Origin: Nitrospirota bacterium
Lineage (GTDB): Bacteria; Nitrospirota; Thermodesulfovibrionia; Thermodesulfovibrionales; Dissulfurispiraceae
Assembly: GCA_963710375.1 (NCBI GenBank)
Contig: CAVPZX010000006.1
Location: forward strand, 32,001-96,000
Length of the DNA stretch: 64,000 nucleotides
Direction of reading: 5' to 3'
Of this stretch, positions 29,742 to 38,510 are shown piece by piece. A program made the position numbers and the translations under genes. Under the pieces are notes generated by a model that saw only the letters and a list, made by a program, of their open reading frames with translations, searched no databases and was not told the DNA's origin. The first letter of the stretch is position 1. Each line of letters starts with the position of its first letter.

Positions 29742-30910
29742 TTTGGCGAAATGAAAAAATTATCATCGTTTTAACTGTCCTCATTGATGTTCTCGGCCTG
29801 GGCATTATTATTCCCGTTCTGCCATTTTATGTAGAAAGTTTTGGCGCATCAGCCTTTACCTTAACTATGCTCTTTTCGGTTTTTTCTCTTTTTTCTTTTG
29901 TGAGCGGACCTTTTTTGGGAGCACTGTCCGACAGGATAGGCCGTCAACCGGTTTTGATTGTCAGCATTTTGAGTACCGCCATTGGGTGGTTTGTTTTCGC
30001 ATCGGCCCATGCCATATGGGTTTTATTTCTGGGAAGGGTCATTGACGGTATGGCGGCAGGGAATTTGCCGATCGCGCAAAGTTACCTGGTCGATATTGCC
30101 AGAGACGATAAAGAACGGACCTCGAATCTTGGAATCATTGGAGCTGTTTTCGGCATCGGATTTATTGTCGGTCCGGCCATTGGTGCCGCGCTCAGCTCCG
30201 TATCTCATGCTTTACCTTTTTTCTTTGTCGCGGGGTTGGCGACTCTCAATGTCATAGGCGCTTTTTTCTTTTTGCCGGAAACTCACAAACACATGGACAA
30301 AGAGAAGAAGATGGCGCTCAATCCGCTGCGTCCTCTGGCCAATGCAGTTCATGATAAACTCTTACTTCCGCGGTATGTAGCCTGGTTCTTTTTCGGTATT
30401 TCGATTTCCGGGATGCAATCGATTTTTGCATTGTATATGGGCAGGGTCTTCGGTTTCGGTGTAACCATGGTCGGAGCTATTTACACTGCTATGGGACTTG
30501 CCGTTTTTTTGAACCAGGTGATTTTACTCCGCAACTTTTGGCTCAACTATTTCAAAGAATCATCTCTGGAAGTGTGGGCGTTTCTTTCCAGCGCAATTGG
30601 ACTTTCATTATTGATGGTGCCCTCGACTTATTTTCTTATTTTAGGCATTGTTTTTCATGTGTTCAGCCATTCACTATTGAGAGTGGTAATGACGAGCCGT
30701 GTTGCCGGCATCGCGGGTCCCCGGAGAAGAGGAGAGGTGCTCGGCGTTATGTCGTCAGTGCTGTCGTTGGCAATGATCGGAGGTCCGCTGCTGGCCGGCG
30801 CTCTTTTTGAGATTAAGCCCTTCTTTCCTTTTGCCGCCTGTAGTCTGGCTCTCGCTTCGGGATTCCTGATCATGAAATGTTATTCTGCAAAAATGGTCGC
30901 TAACAACTGA
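29738..30910 (+). CDS. MFS transporter (TetA/DHA1-like)
   Basis: IDVLGLGIIIPVLP, GALSDRIGR motif A, GFIVGPAIG; TTG start overlapping the upstream TGA. Confidence 0.88.
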   Translation: MIWRNEKIIIVLTVLIDVLGLGIIIPVLPFYVESFGASAFTLTMLFSVFSLFSFVSGPFLGALSDRIGRQPVLIVSILSTAIGWFVFASAHAIWVLFLGRVIDGMAAGNLPIAQSYLVDIARDDKERTSNLGIIGAVFGIGFIVGPAIGAALSSVSHALPFFFVAGLATLNVIGAFFFLPETHKHMDKEKKMALNPLRPLANAVHDKLLLPRYVAWFFFGISISGMQSIFALYMGRVFGFGVTMVGAIYTAMGLAVFLNQVILLRNFWLNYFKESSLEVWAFLSSAIGLSLLMVPSTYFLILGIVFHVFSHSLLRVVMTSRVAGIAGPRRRGEVLGVMSSVLSLAMIGGPLLAGALFEIKPFFPFAACSLALASGFLIMKCYSAKMVANN

Positions 30911-30985
30911 ACTTCTGATATAATAATAAAAGTGAGATGACTCACTCCCAAATTTTTTAAACAAAACCGGTAAAGCATATAGTTC

Positions 30986-32341
30986 ATGTCTAAAATTATT
31001 CCTGCACTTGCAAAAATACACATAACCACCCTTGGCTGTCCCAAAAACAGTGTTGATTCAAGGCACCTGTCCGGGGCATTCACTGCGGAAGGCTTCATCA
31101 GTGTAGCCAATGCGGATGATGCGGATATCCTTCTTGTGAACACATGCGGCTTTATTAAGGACGCAAAAGAAGAGTCGATAGAGGAAGTCCTCAGACTTGC
31201 GCAGATGAAAGAAGACGGCAGAAAGCTGGTCGTGTTCGGATGTCTTGCCGCCCGCTATAGAAATGAGCTTTTAAAAGAGATACCCGAAATTGACGGCATA
31301 TGGGGGGTGGGGGAGGAAACTAAGATAATTGAGTACTGCAAAAAAAATATGGCTATAGGCTATAGGCAAGAGGCCATAGGCAAAAGAAAAATACCTATAG
31401 CCCATCGCCCATCGCCTATAGCCTCTTCTTATGCATATCTTAAAATTGCCGAAGGTTGCGACAAAAAATGCACATTCTGCGTGATTCCCTCGATCCGTGG
31501 GGCGTTCAGGAGTATCCGACCTGAGCTGATAATGGCTGAGGCGAGCGAATACATAAAGGCCGGGGCAAGAGAATTGATTCTGGTGGCCCAGGACATTACC
31601 AATTACGGAAAAGATCTTGACCGGTATGACCTTGTCGCGTTATTACGCGATCTTGCCTCTCTACCGGGGGATTTTTATATCCGGCTCTTGTATCTGTATC
31701 CTACCGCTATCAGCGAGGCCTTGATCGAATGCATTGCTGAGGAGGATAAAATACAGAAATACCTCGACATTCCGCTTCAACATTCCGAGGACAAAATATT
31801 GAGGCTCATGGGGCGCCGCGGGACGCGCACCGGATACCGCAAGCTCATCAGAGCGCTGCGCCGGAGGATACCGGGAATTGCTCTCCGAACAACTTTTATT
31901 GTGGGTTTTCCTACTGAGACCGAAGAGGAATTTAATGGACTTATTGATTTTATCGAAGAGACCCGGTTTGACAGGCTCGGCGTCTTTAAGTTCTCAAGGG
32001 AAGAGAGTACCCCCTCTGCGACATATAAAGGACAGGTGCCTGATAAGGTGAAGCAAAGAAGATTTGAAGAGATTATGAAGCGCCAGGCTCTAATATCACT
32101 TGAGATAAACAGGGAGATTATCGGCAGACGCTTCAGGGCAATTGTTGACGAGGCCGCGGAAGACGTTATTCTTGCCCGGCTCTATTCACATGCCCCTGAA
32201 ATAGACGGGGTAGTCATTATTGAAAGAGCGGAAACGCGGGAATGCGAAGATAAGCTTAAAGCCGGCGATCTGGTCACAGTTGAAATTACCGATGCATATG
32301 ATTATGATGTGAAAGGCAAGCTCCTAAAGGATGGGATATAG
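30986..32341 (+). CDS. rimO: Ribosomal protein S12 methylthiotransferase
   Basis: TLGCPKNSVDS, NTCGFI, AYLKIAEGCDKKCTFC, APEIDG TRAM domain. Confidence 0.95.
   Translation: MSKIIPALAKIHITTLGCPKNSVDSRHLSGAFTAEGFISVANADDADILLVNTCGFIKDAKEESIEEVLRLAQMKEDGRKLVVFGCLAARYRNELLKEIPEIDGIWGVGEETKIIEYCKKNMAIGYRQEAIGKRKIPIAHRPSPIASSYAYLKIAEGCDKKCTFCVIPSIRGAFRSIRPELIMAEASEYIKAGARELILVAQDITNYGKDLDRYDLVALLRDLASLPGDFYIRLLYLYPTAISEALIECIAEEDKIQKYLDIPLQHSEDKILRLMGRRGTRTGYRKLIRALRRRIPGIALRTTFIVGFPTETEEEFNGLIDFIEETRFDRLGVFKFSREESTPSATYKGQVPDKVKQRRFEEIMKRQALISLEINREIIGRRFRAIVDEAAEDVILARLYSHAPEIDGVVIIERAETRECEDKLKAGDLVTVEITDAYDYDVKGKLLKDGI
31351..31423. repeat. Heptamer-repeat hairpin read in frame inside rimO
   Basis: ggctataggctataggcaagaggccataggc...cctatagcccatcgcccatcgcctatagcc. 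Confidence 0.8.
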
Positions 32342-32344
32342 GCA

Positions 32345-33208
32345 ATGGGCAATGGGCGAAAGATTCCGTATCTTCATATAGTTCTTTTCATCTTGACTTT
32401 TCTGTCAACGCTTTCCGCGGGTGCGCTTCAGCAGGGGATAAATATTATTAAAACACCCGGTAAAATTGTTGCAGGGCTGCCTTTTGCCGGAACGCTTATG
32501 ACCATACTGCTTTGTCATGAACTGTCCCACTATATTGCATCGAGAAAGAACCACACGGTTGCAACACTGCCGTATTTTATTCCGGCGCCCTCAATATTCG
32601 GCACCTTTGGTGCGTTTATAAAAATGAAGTCGCCTATTCTTACACGGAGGGCGCTCATCGAAATCGGGGCATCAGGACCGATAGCCGGTTTTATTGTTTC
32701 TGTAGCAGCCTGCGTAATAGGCCTCCACCTGTCAAAGGTGATACCGCTGCCGCAGGGAGAAAGCACACTCTCTCTCGGAGATTGCCTTCTGTTCTCATTT
32801 CTTTCCCGCGTGATTCTCGGCGCCACCCCGGAACACTATGATATCTTGCTGCATCCTGTTGCTTTTGCGGGCTGGATAGGGCTTTTTGTAACCTCTCTCA
32901 ACCTCATACCTATCGGCCAGCTTGACGGAGGCCATGTCTGCTATGCAATCCTGGGCGAACGGCAACGTCATGTCTCTCAATTCCTTGTGGTGTTGCTTGC
33001 TCTTCTGGGAATATCGTCATTGCTTGGCTTTCCCGGATGGGATGGTTGGCTTGTGTGGGCAGTACTGATGCTAATCCTCGGGATTAAGCACCCTCCCGTA
33101 TTGCACTGGGAATCGCCTCTCGATCCTAACAGAAAGACAATAGCATTGCTGACCCTTGTAATATTTATTATCACGTTTATCCCTGAACCTTTCAAAGTAT
33201 CTCTATGA
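32345..33208 (+). CDS. Site-2 protease (M50 family)
   Basis: HELSH and NLIPIGQLDGGH. Confidence 0.92.
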   Translation: MGNGRKIPYLHIVLFILTFLSTLSAGALQQGINIIKTPGKIVAGLPFAGTLMTILLCHELSHYIASRKNHTVATLPYFIPAPSIFGTFGAFIKMKSPILTRRALIEIGASGPIAGFIVSVAACVIGLHLSKVIPLPQGESTLSLGDCLLFSFLSRVILGATPEHYDILLHPVAFAGWIGLFVTSLNLIPIGQLDGGHVCYAILGERQRHVSQFLVVLLALLGISSLLGFPGWDGWLVWAVLMLILGIKHPPVLHWESPLDPNRKTIALLTLVIFIITFIPEPFKVSL

Positions 33209-34011
33209 GTCCGCAGGTAATAACAAGCACGGCGAATCCGCTGATTAAGGAAGCACTGAGAATAAAGGAAAGACACGGCAGGCGAGGAGGCGCTTTTTTC
33301 CTTATTGAAGGCCCGCATCTTATTGAAATGTCGCTGGCTTCGCCGTATGCCTCTCTGAAGCAGGTTTTTTTTACTCAAGACTTCTCTTCCGCAAGGGAGG
33401 GCCGGCGGCTCTTAAAGCGGATGGAGGAAACATCCGTCAATCTGGTCGAAACCTCTCAACGGGTGATGGAAAAGCTAACTGATACCGAAACGCCTCAGGG
33501 GATAGCTGCAGTGCTGGAGCTTAAGACGGTTTCCCTTGATGCGATACCCCTTAAAAATATCCCCTTGCTCGTTGTTTGCGACGGTGTCCGTGACCCCGGC
33601 AATATAGGAACAATTATCCGGGCATCTGATGCAGCAGGGGCAGATGCAGTCCTGCTGACACCGGGCACATGCGATGCCTTTATACCTAAAGCAATCAGGG
33701 CGTCGGCGGGAAGTATTTTCACTATCCCGGTTCTCTCTGCCGGTGTCGGGGTACTTATGAGCTTTCTGGAGGAGCGGCGAATGAGGCTGTATGCAGCGGA
33801 TGTCCATGCCTCACATTCTCTCTACGAAACCGACTTCAGGGAGTCTGCTGCTATTGCTTTCGGCAATGAGGCTTACGGTATCGGTGCTGAACTTCTCAAG
33901 AAGGCCGACCTTAGGTTCAGGATTCCGGTTATCGGCAGGGCCGAAAGCCTCAATGTTGCCATGGCCGCATCCATCAGCATATATGAAGCTGTCAGGCAGC
34001 GGGGACTTTAA
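33205..34011 (+). CDS. TrmH/SpoU RNA methyltransferase
   Basis: DPGNIGTIIR, FGNEAYG, ESLNVAMA. Confidence 0.93.
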   Translation: MSPQVITSTANPLIKEALRIKERHGRRGGAFFLIEGPHLIEMSLASPYASLKQVFFTQDFSSAREGRRLLKRMEETSVNLVETSQRVMEKLTDTETPQGIAAVLELKTVSLDAIPLKNIPLLVVCDGVRDPGNIGTIIRASDAAGADAVLLTPGTCDAFIPKAIRASAGSIFTIPVLSAGVGVLMSFLEERRMRLYAADVHASHSLYETDFRESAAIAFGNEAYGIGAELLKKADLRFRIPVIGRAESLNVAMAASISIYEAVRQRGL

Positions 34012-34100
34012 GGATAGGATGTTCCTGCCGTTATCTATTTTTGGTTATAATTGTTTATACTAATAACTAATAAAACTGGTATTGAAAGGAGACTTTTCGT

Positions 34101-34544
34101 ATGAAGGTTATTCTCAGGGAGGATGTTAAAGACTTGGGTCATATCGGGGAAGTTCTGACCGTTAAGGATGGCTACGCACGCAATTTTCTGTTGCCTAGGG
34201 GACTGGCGTCTGAGGCCAATCTAAAGAATGTCAAAGCCTTGGAGCATGAGAAGAGAAAGATACAGGAAACGGTGAGAAAGGCAAAATCCGGCGCTGAAGA
34301 ACTGTCTTCTAAAATTTCGGCTCTTACGATTACTATTAAGGCAAAGGCCGGAGAGGAAGACAAGCTGTTCGGTTCTGTTACCGCTATGGACATTGCGGAA
34401 ACGTTAAAACAGGAAGGACTGGATATAGACAGGAAGAAGATCGTTCTGGAAGAACCGATCAAGCGGCTGGGTAATTACACTGTGAGCGTTAAAGTCCATC
34501 CGGAAGTCTCGGCGCAGTTTACCGTCCAGGTGGTAAGTGAGTAG
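34101..34544 (+). CDS. rplI: 50S ribosomal protein L9
   Basis: MKVIL...[19 protein letters not shown]. Confidence 0.98.
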   Translation: MKVILREDVKDLGHIGEVLTVKDGYARNFLLPRGLASEANLKNVKALEHEKRKIQETVRKAKSGAEELSSKISALTITIKAKAGEEDKLFGSVTAMDIAETLKQEGLDIDRKKIVLEEPIKRLGNYTVSVKVHPEVSAQFTVQVVSE

Positions 34545-34568
34545 GACGATAAAGAGCGGAGGGTAGTA

Positions 34569-35939
34569 GTGCAGGATGCCGCAGTAAGCATAGACAAATT
34601 GCCTCCCCAAAATATTGAGGCGGAACAGTCCGTTCTGGGCGCCATAATTTTTGACAACGAGGCATTGCCTAAGGCCCTTGAAATGCTGGCCGTTGATGAT
34701 TTCTACAGGGAATCACACAGGCGTTTGTACGATGCGATGCTCGAACTCTTCAACAAGAACCAGCCTATCGACATTATCACGATCACTGATCATCTCAGGA
34801 AAACAAATGGACTTGATGCTGTCGGAGGCATTACATACCTCTCGAACCTGGCAAACAGTATTCCCACATCCGCTAATATACGGTATCATGCGAAAATAGT
34901 CCGCGAGAAGGCGCTGCTGAGGGCCCTGATACAGACTGCGACCCATATCAGCACAAAGGTGTATGAAGATGACCTCGAAGCTGATGACATGGTTGACTAC
35001 GCGGAAAAGGTCATATTCGATATAGCTGATAAAAGGACCAAGGCCTCTTTTACTACCATGAAGGACGTGGTCAAAGATACCTTTAAAATGATCGAGCACC
35101 TTTATGACAAAAAAGAAGCGATTACCGGGGTGCCGTCCGGTTTTAAGGACCTCGATGAACTGACCGCAGGCTTTCAGCCCGGCGAACTGATTATCATCGG
35201 GGGGAGACCGGGCATGGGCAAAACCGCGTTTGCGCTTAATGTCGCCCAGCACGTGGGGATCGAAATGAATGAGCCGGTGGCTGTATTCAGCCTCGAAATG
35301 TCCAAGGAACAGCTGGCGATGAGAATGCTCTGCGCCGAGAGCATGGTCGATTCCTCGCTAGTGAGGAAAGGCTTTATCAATAGACAGGATTGGCCGAAGC
35401 TCACCAGTGCGGCGGGAAGGCTTTCGGAAGCGCCGATTTTTATAGATGATTCTTCGGCCCTTACCGTCCTCGAGATAAGAGCTAAATCAAGGAGGCTCAA
35501 GTTGGAGCACCGGGGGCTGAGCCTTGTAGTAGTCGATTACCTTCAGCTCATGCGTAGCAGGGGAACTTTTGAAAGACGGGAACAGGAGATATCGGAAATA
35601 TCCCGCTCCTTGAAGGCGCTTGCCAAGGAACTGAAAATACCTGTGATAGCTTTGAGCCAGCTTAACAGGGCCGTGGAGCAGAGGAGCGGTAACAAGCCGA
35701 CACTTGCAGATATACGGGAATCAGGCGCTATCGAGCAAGATGCAGATGTGATCATATTCATTTATAAAGACAGCGACCAGGTCAGGAGCAACCCTGCAGT
35801 CAGGAATGTGGTTAAAATTGATATAGCCAAACAGAGAAACGGCCCCACGGGCAGTATCAATCTTACATTTCTGTCGAACTGCACAAAGTTTGTCGATCAC
35901 TCCGGCATGTCGTATGAGGCTGAAGAAGAGGCGTACTGA
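34569..35939 (+). CDS. dnaB: Replicative DNA helicase
   Basis: PPQNIEAEQSVLG, GRPGMGKT, VDYLQL, ESGAIEQDAD, KQRNGP; no intein. Confidence 0.98.
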   Translation: MQDAAVSIDKLPPQNIEAEQSVLGAIIFDNEALPKALEMLAVDDFYRESHRRLYDAMLELFNKNQPIDIITITDHLRKTNGLDAVGGITYLSNLANSIPTSANIRYHAKIVREKALLRALIQTATHISTKVYEDDLEADDMVDYAEKVIFDIADKRTKASFTTMKDVVKDTFKMIEHLYDKKEAITGVPSGFKDLDELTAGFQPGELIIIGGRPGMGKTAFALNVAQHVGIEMNEPVAVFSLEMSKEQLAMRMLCAESMVDSSLVRKGFINRQDWPKLTSAAGRLSEAPIFIDDSSALTVLEIRAKSRRLKLEHRGLSLVVVDYLQLMRSRGTFERREQEISEISRSLKALAKELKIPVIALSQLNRAVEQRSGNKPTLADIRESGAIEQDADVIIFIYKDSDQVRSNPAVRNVVKIDIAKQRNGPTGSINLTFLSNCTKFVDHSGMSYEAEEEAY

Positions 35940-36742
35940 TGAGAAGACCTCCAGCTGTAGCAGGTCAGTTTTATTATGGAACGGCGGCACGTTTAAAGGG
36001 CCAGGTTGAGCAGTATATCAGCAGGGATACAGTCAAAGAGAAAGTAATCGGCGCCCTCTCGCCTCATGCCGGGCTGATGTATTCCGGGCATGTGGCCGGT
36101 GCAGTCTACTCCTCAATCAGCTTCCCCGAGACCTTTATTCTCCTGGGACCTAACCATACGGGGCTTGGCGCCTCATTGTCGCTAATGGCCTCGGGGGAAT
36201 GGGAGATACCTACCGGTATACTCTCCATTGATGAGGACCTGGCTGGAGCTATAGCAGGGGAGCTTCCTGCCATTTCCCGCGATACCCAGGCACATGAGTT
36301 TGAACATTCCATTGAGGTGCAGTTGCCGTTTATAGCCTATTTTTCGGACAACGCCAGGATAGTCCCAATTGCTGTGAAGAACGCGTCATTGCAGGACTGC
36401 AAGATTATAGGTGAGGGGATAGCCAGGGCGGTTAAGCATTCCGGCAGGTCGGTCGTAATTGTTGCAAGTTCGGACATGAGCCATTATGTTTCCGATGCGC
36501 TTGCAAGGACGCTGGATAACCTCGCCTTGAATGAGGTGCTTGAATTGAACCCGGAAGGACTCTATTCTGTAGTAGTAAAGCAAAACATTTCCATGTGCGG
36601 CTTTATTCCTGCGACAATCATGCTCTATGCCGCAAAGGCATTGGGGGCACTACAAGCCAGGCTTGTGAAATATGCGACATCAGGTGAGGTAAGCGGTGAT
36701 TATGAGCATGTTGTCGGATATGCAGGAGTTGTTGTAAAGTGA
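35939..36742 (+). CDS. AmmeMemoRadiSam system protein B (MEMO1 family)
   Basis: RPPAVAGQFY, PHAGLMYSG, EHSIEVQLPF, SSDMSHY, VVGYA. Confidence 0.92.
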   Translation: MRRPPAVAGQFYYGTAARLKGQVEQYISRDTVKEKVIGALSPHAGLMYSGHVAGAVYSSISFPETFILLGPNHTGLGASLSLMASGEWEIPTGILSIDEDLAGAIAGELPAISRDTQAHEFEHSIEVQLPFIAYFSDNARIVPIAVKNASLQDCKIIGEGIARAVKHSGRSVVIVASSDMSHYVSDALARTLDNLALNEVLELNPEGLYSVVVKQNISMCGFIPATIMLYAAKALGALQARLVKYATSGEVSGDYEHVVGYAGVVVK

Positions 36743-37368
36743 TCGATTGCGACGAGATCACCGCTGCTGTTATCCTTGCCGGCGGCGGTAGTCGTAGATT
36801 CGGGGCCTTAAAAAGCTTTATCAATATAGAAGGCATGCCCATTATAGCGAGGAACCTGGCCCTTCTCAGGGAATTATTCCGTGAAGTGTTTATCAGTACC
36901 AACTTGCCGGAGCCTTACTCTTGCCTCGGGGCGCCGCTTATCGGCGATGTGCTTCCTTCGAGGGGACCTATGTCGGGAATTTACTCTGCGCTGATTAATG
37001 CACAGGGGCCGGGTATTTTTGTCGTGGCCTGCGATATGCCTTTTTTGAACAAACAGGTCATGACCTTTATCCTTGAACGGAGCCTGCGCCACTGCAGGGA
37101 ATGTGGTCCCTGCGATGCAGCTATTCCTGTATTTAATAATTGGCCTCAGCCTTTGTCAGGTGTATATTCACGAACACTGCTGCCTTATCTGGAGGAGGCC
37201 GTCGTTCACGAAAAAACTTCACTGACCCGTTTTTTACACGAGGTGAACACATATTTTATCAGTGAATCGGATATGAGGGAAATAGACCCCGGGGGCAGGT
37301 CATTTATGAATATCAATACCATTGAAGATTATAAGGCGGTAAAACATAAAGTGAATAGTGAAACGTGA
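36739..37368 (+). CDS. mobA: Molybdenum cofactor guanylyltransferase
   Basis: ILAGGGSRRFG, GPMSGI, ACDMPF, NINT. Confidence 0.9.
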   Translation: MIDCDEITAAVILAGGGSRRFGALKSFINIEGMPIIARNLALLRELFREVFISTNLPEPYSCLGAPLIGDVLPSRGPMSGIYSALINAQGPGIFVVACDMPFLNKQVMTFILERSLRHCRECGPCDAAIPVFNNWPQPLSGVYSRTLLPYLEEAVVHEKTSLTRFLHEVNTYFISESDMREIDPGGRSFMNINTIEDYKAVKHKVNSET

Positions 37369-37378
37369 ATGGTGAATA
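37351..37378. repeat. Single arm of GTGAATA-type heptamer repeats overlapping the mobA stop
   Basis: gtgaata gtgaaac gtgaatg gtgaata. Confidence 0.7.
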
Positions 37379-37406
37379 AAAAAAATTTTGAGATTTTAGG
37401 AGTAGT

Positions 37407-38501
37407 ATGGAAAGAGGGCTTGTTGCTGAAATAGACTTGAAGGCGGTCTCCCATAATTTCAGGGTAACCAGGCAAATAACCGGAGGGAGGCCGGTCATCG
37501 CTGTGGTAAAGGCCGATGCTTACGGCCACGGAGCTGCCCAGGTATCTAAAAGGTTGGTCAGTGATGGGGCGGAATATCTTGCAGTTGCGTTTATGGATGA
37601 GGCCAGGGAATTGAGAGAGGCCGGCATTACCGTTCCGATTTTAGTGCTCTTTGACCCCGATAGTCACGAAGCTTTTGAATATAATCTTACGCCTGTTGTC
37701 GGCACTCTGAAAGCGGCATTTGATCTGTCGCGCGAGGCAGAGAAACGGGGCCGTAATATAAATATACATATTAAAGTCGATACCGGCATGGGGAGGTCCG
37801 GCTTTCTGGGACAGGTGCAACGCGATATCCTTGAGATTGCTCGTTTGAAGGGAATCACTATTGAAGGGGTTATGAGCCATTTCTCCGATGCCGACATCAG
37901 CGACCGCTTCTTTGCCTGTTCCCAGATTGCTGCGTTCAATACTCTTCGCAACGACCTGGCAGCTGCCGGATTACACATACCGCTGTATCATCTGGCGAAC
38001 AGCGCGGCAGTGATGGCTCTGCCTGAATCACATTGTGACGCTGTCAGACCCGGTATAATGCTTTACGGTCTCTCAAGCGGGGTTCCGACTGCTGATGTTC
38101 AATTGATCCCTGCCATGAGCGCGAGAGCCAGGATATTGGCATTGCGAAAGCTGCCGACCGGTACTCCTATAAGCTATGGGAGGACGTTTATTACTTCGAG
38201 AGAGAGCCTGATCGGCGTTATGGCAGCCGGTTATGCGGACGGTTTCAGCAGGCTTTTTTCGAATAATGCTTCAGTTTTGGTAAGGGGCAAAAGGGCCCCG
38301 GTTGTGGGCCGTGTATGCATGGATGTCACTATGATAGATGTTACGGACATTGCAGGGGTGTCTGAAACGGATGACGTGATCATTATGGGCAGTCAGGGGG
38401 AAGAGAGCATCAGTGCTGCAGAACTTGCTCAGTGGTCGGATACTATTCCTTACGAAGTAATGTTGTCCCTCGGAAGCAGGGCAAGGCGCATATATATTTG
38501 A
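37407..38501 (+). CDS. alr: Alanine racemase
   Basis: AVVKADAYGHG, KVDTGMGR, RPGIMLYG, GRVCMD, TIPYE. Confidence 0.97.
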   Translation: MERGLVAEIDLKAVSHNFRVTRQITGGRPVIAVVKADAYGHGAAQVSKRLVSDGAEYLAVAFMDEARELREAGITVPILVLFDPDSHEAFEYNLTPVVGTLKAAFDLSREAEKRGRNINIHIKVDTGMGRSGFLGQVQRDILEIARLKGITIEGVMSHFSDADISDRFFACSQIAAFNTLRNDLAAAGLHIPLYHLANSAAVMALPESHCDAVRPGIMLYGLSSGVPTADVQLIPAMSARARILALRKLPTGTPISYGRTFITSRESLIGVMAAGYADGFSRLFSNNASVLVRGKRAPVVGRVCMDVTMIDVTDIAGVSETDDVIIMGSQGEESISAAELAQWSDTIPYEVMLSLGSRARRIYI

Positions 38502-38510
38502 GGTTGGGAA

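Noticed and set aside
29751..29774. Out-of-frame ATG suggesting a frameshift at the MFS start
   Set aside because: An in-frame TTG at 29738 overlapping the upstream stop explains the gene without an error
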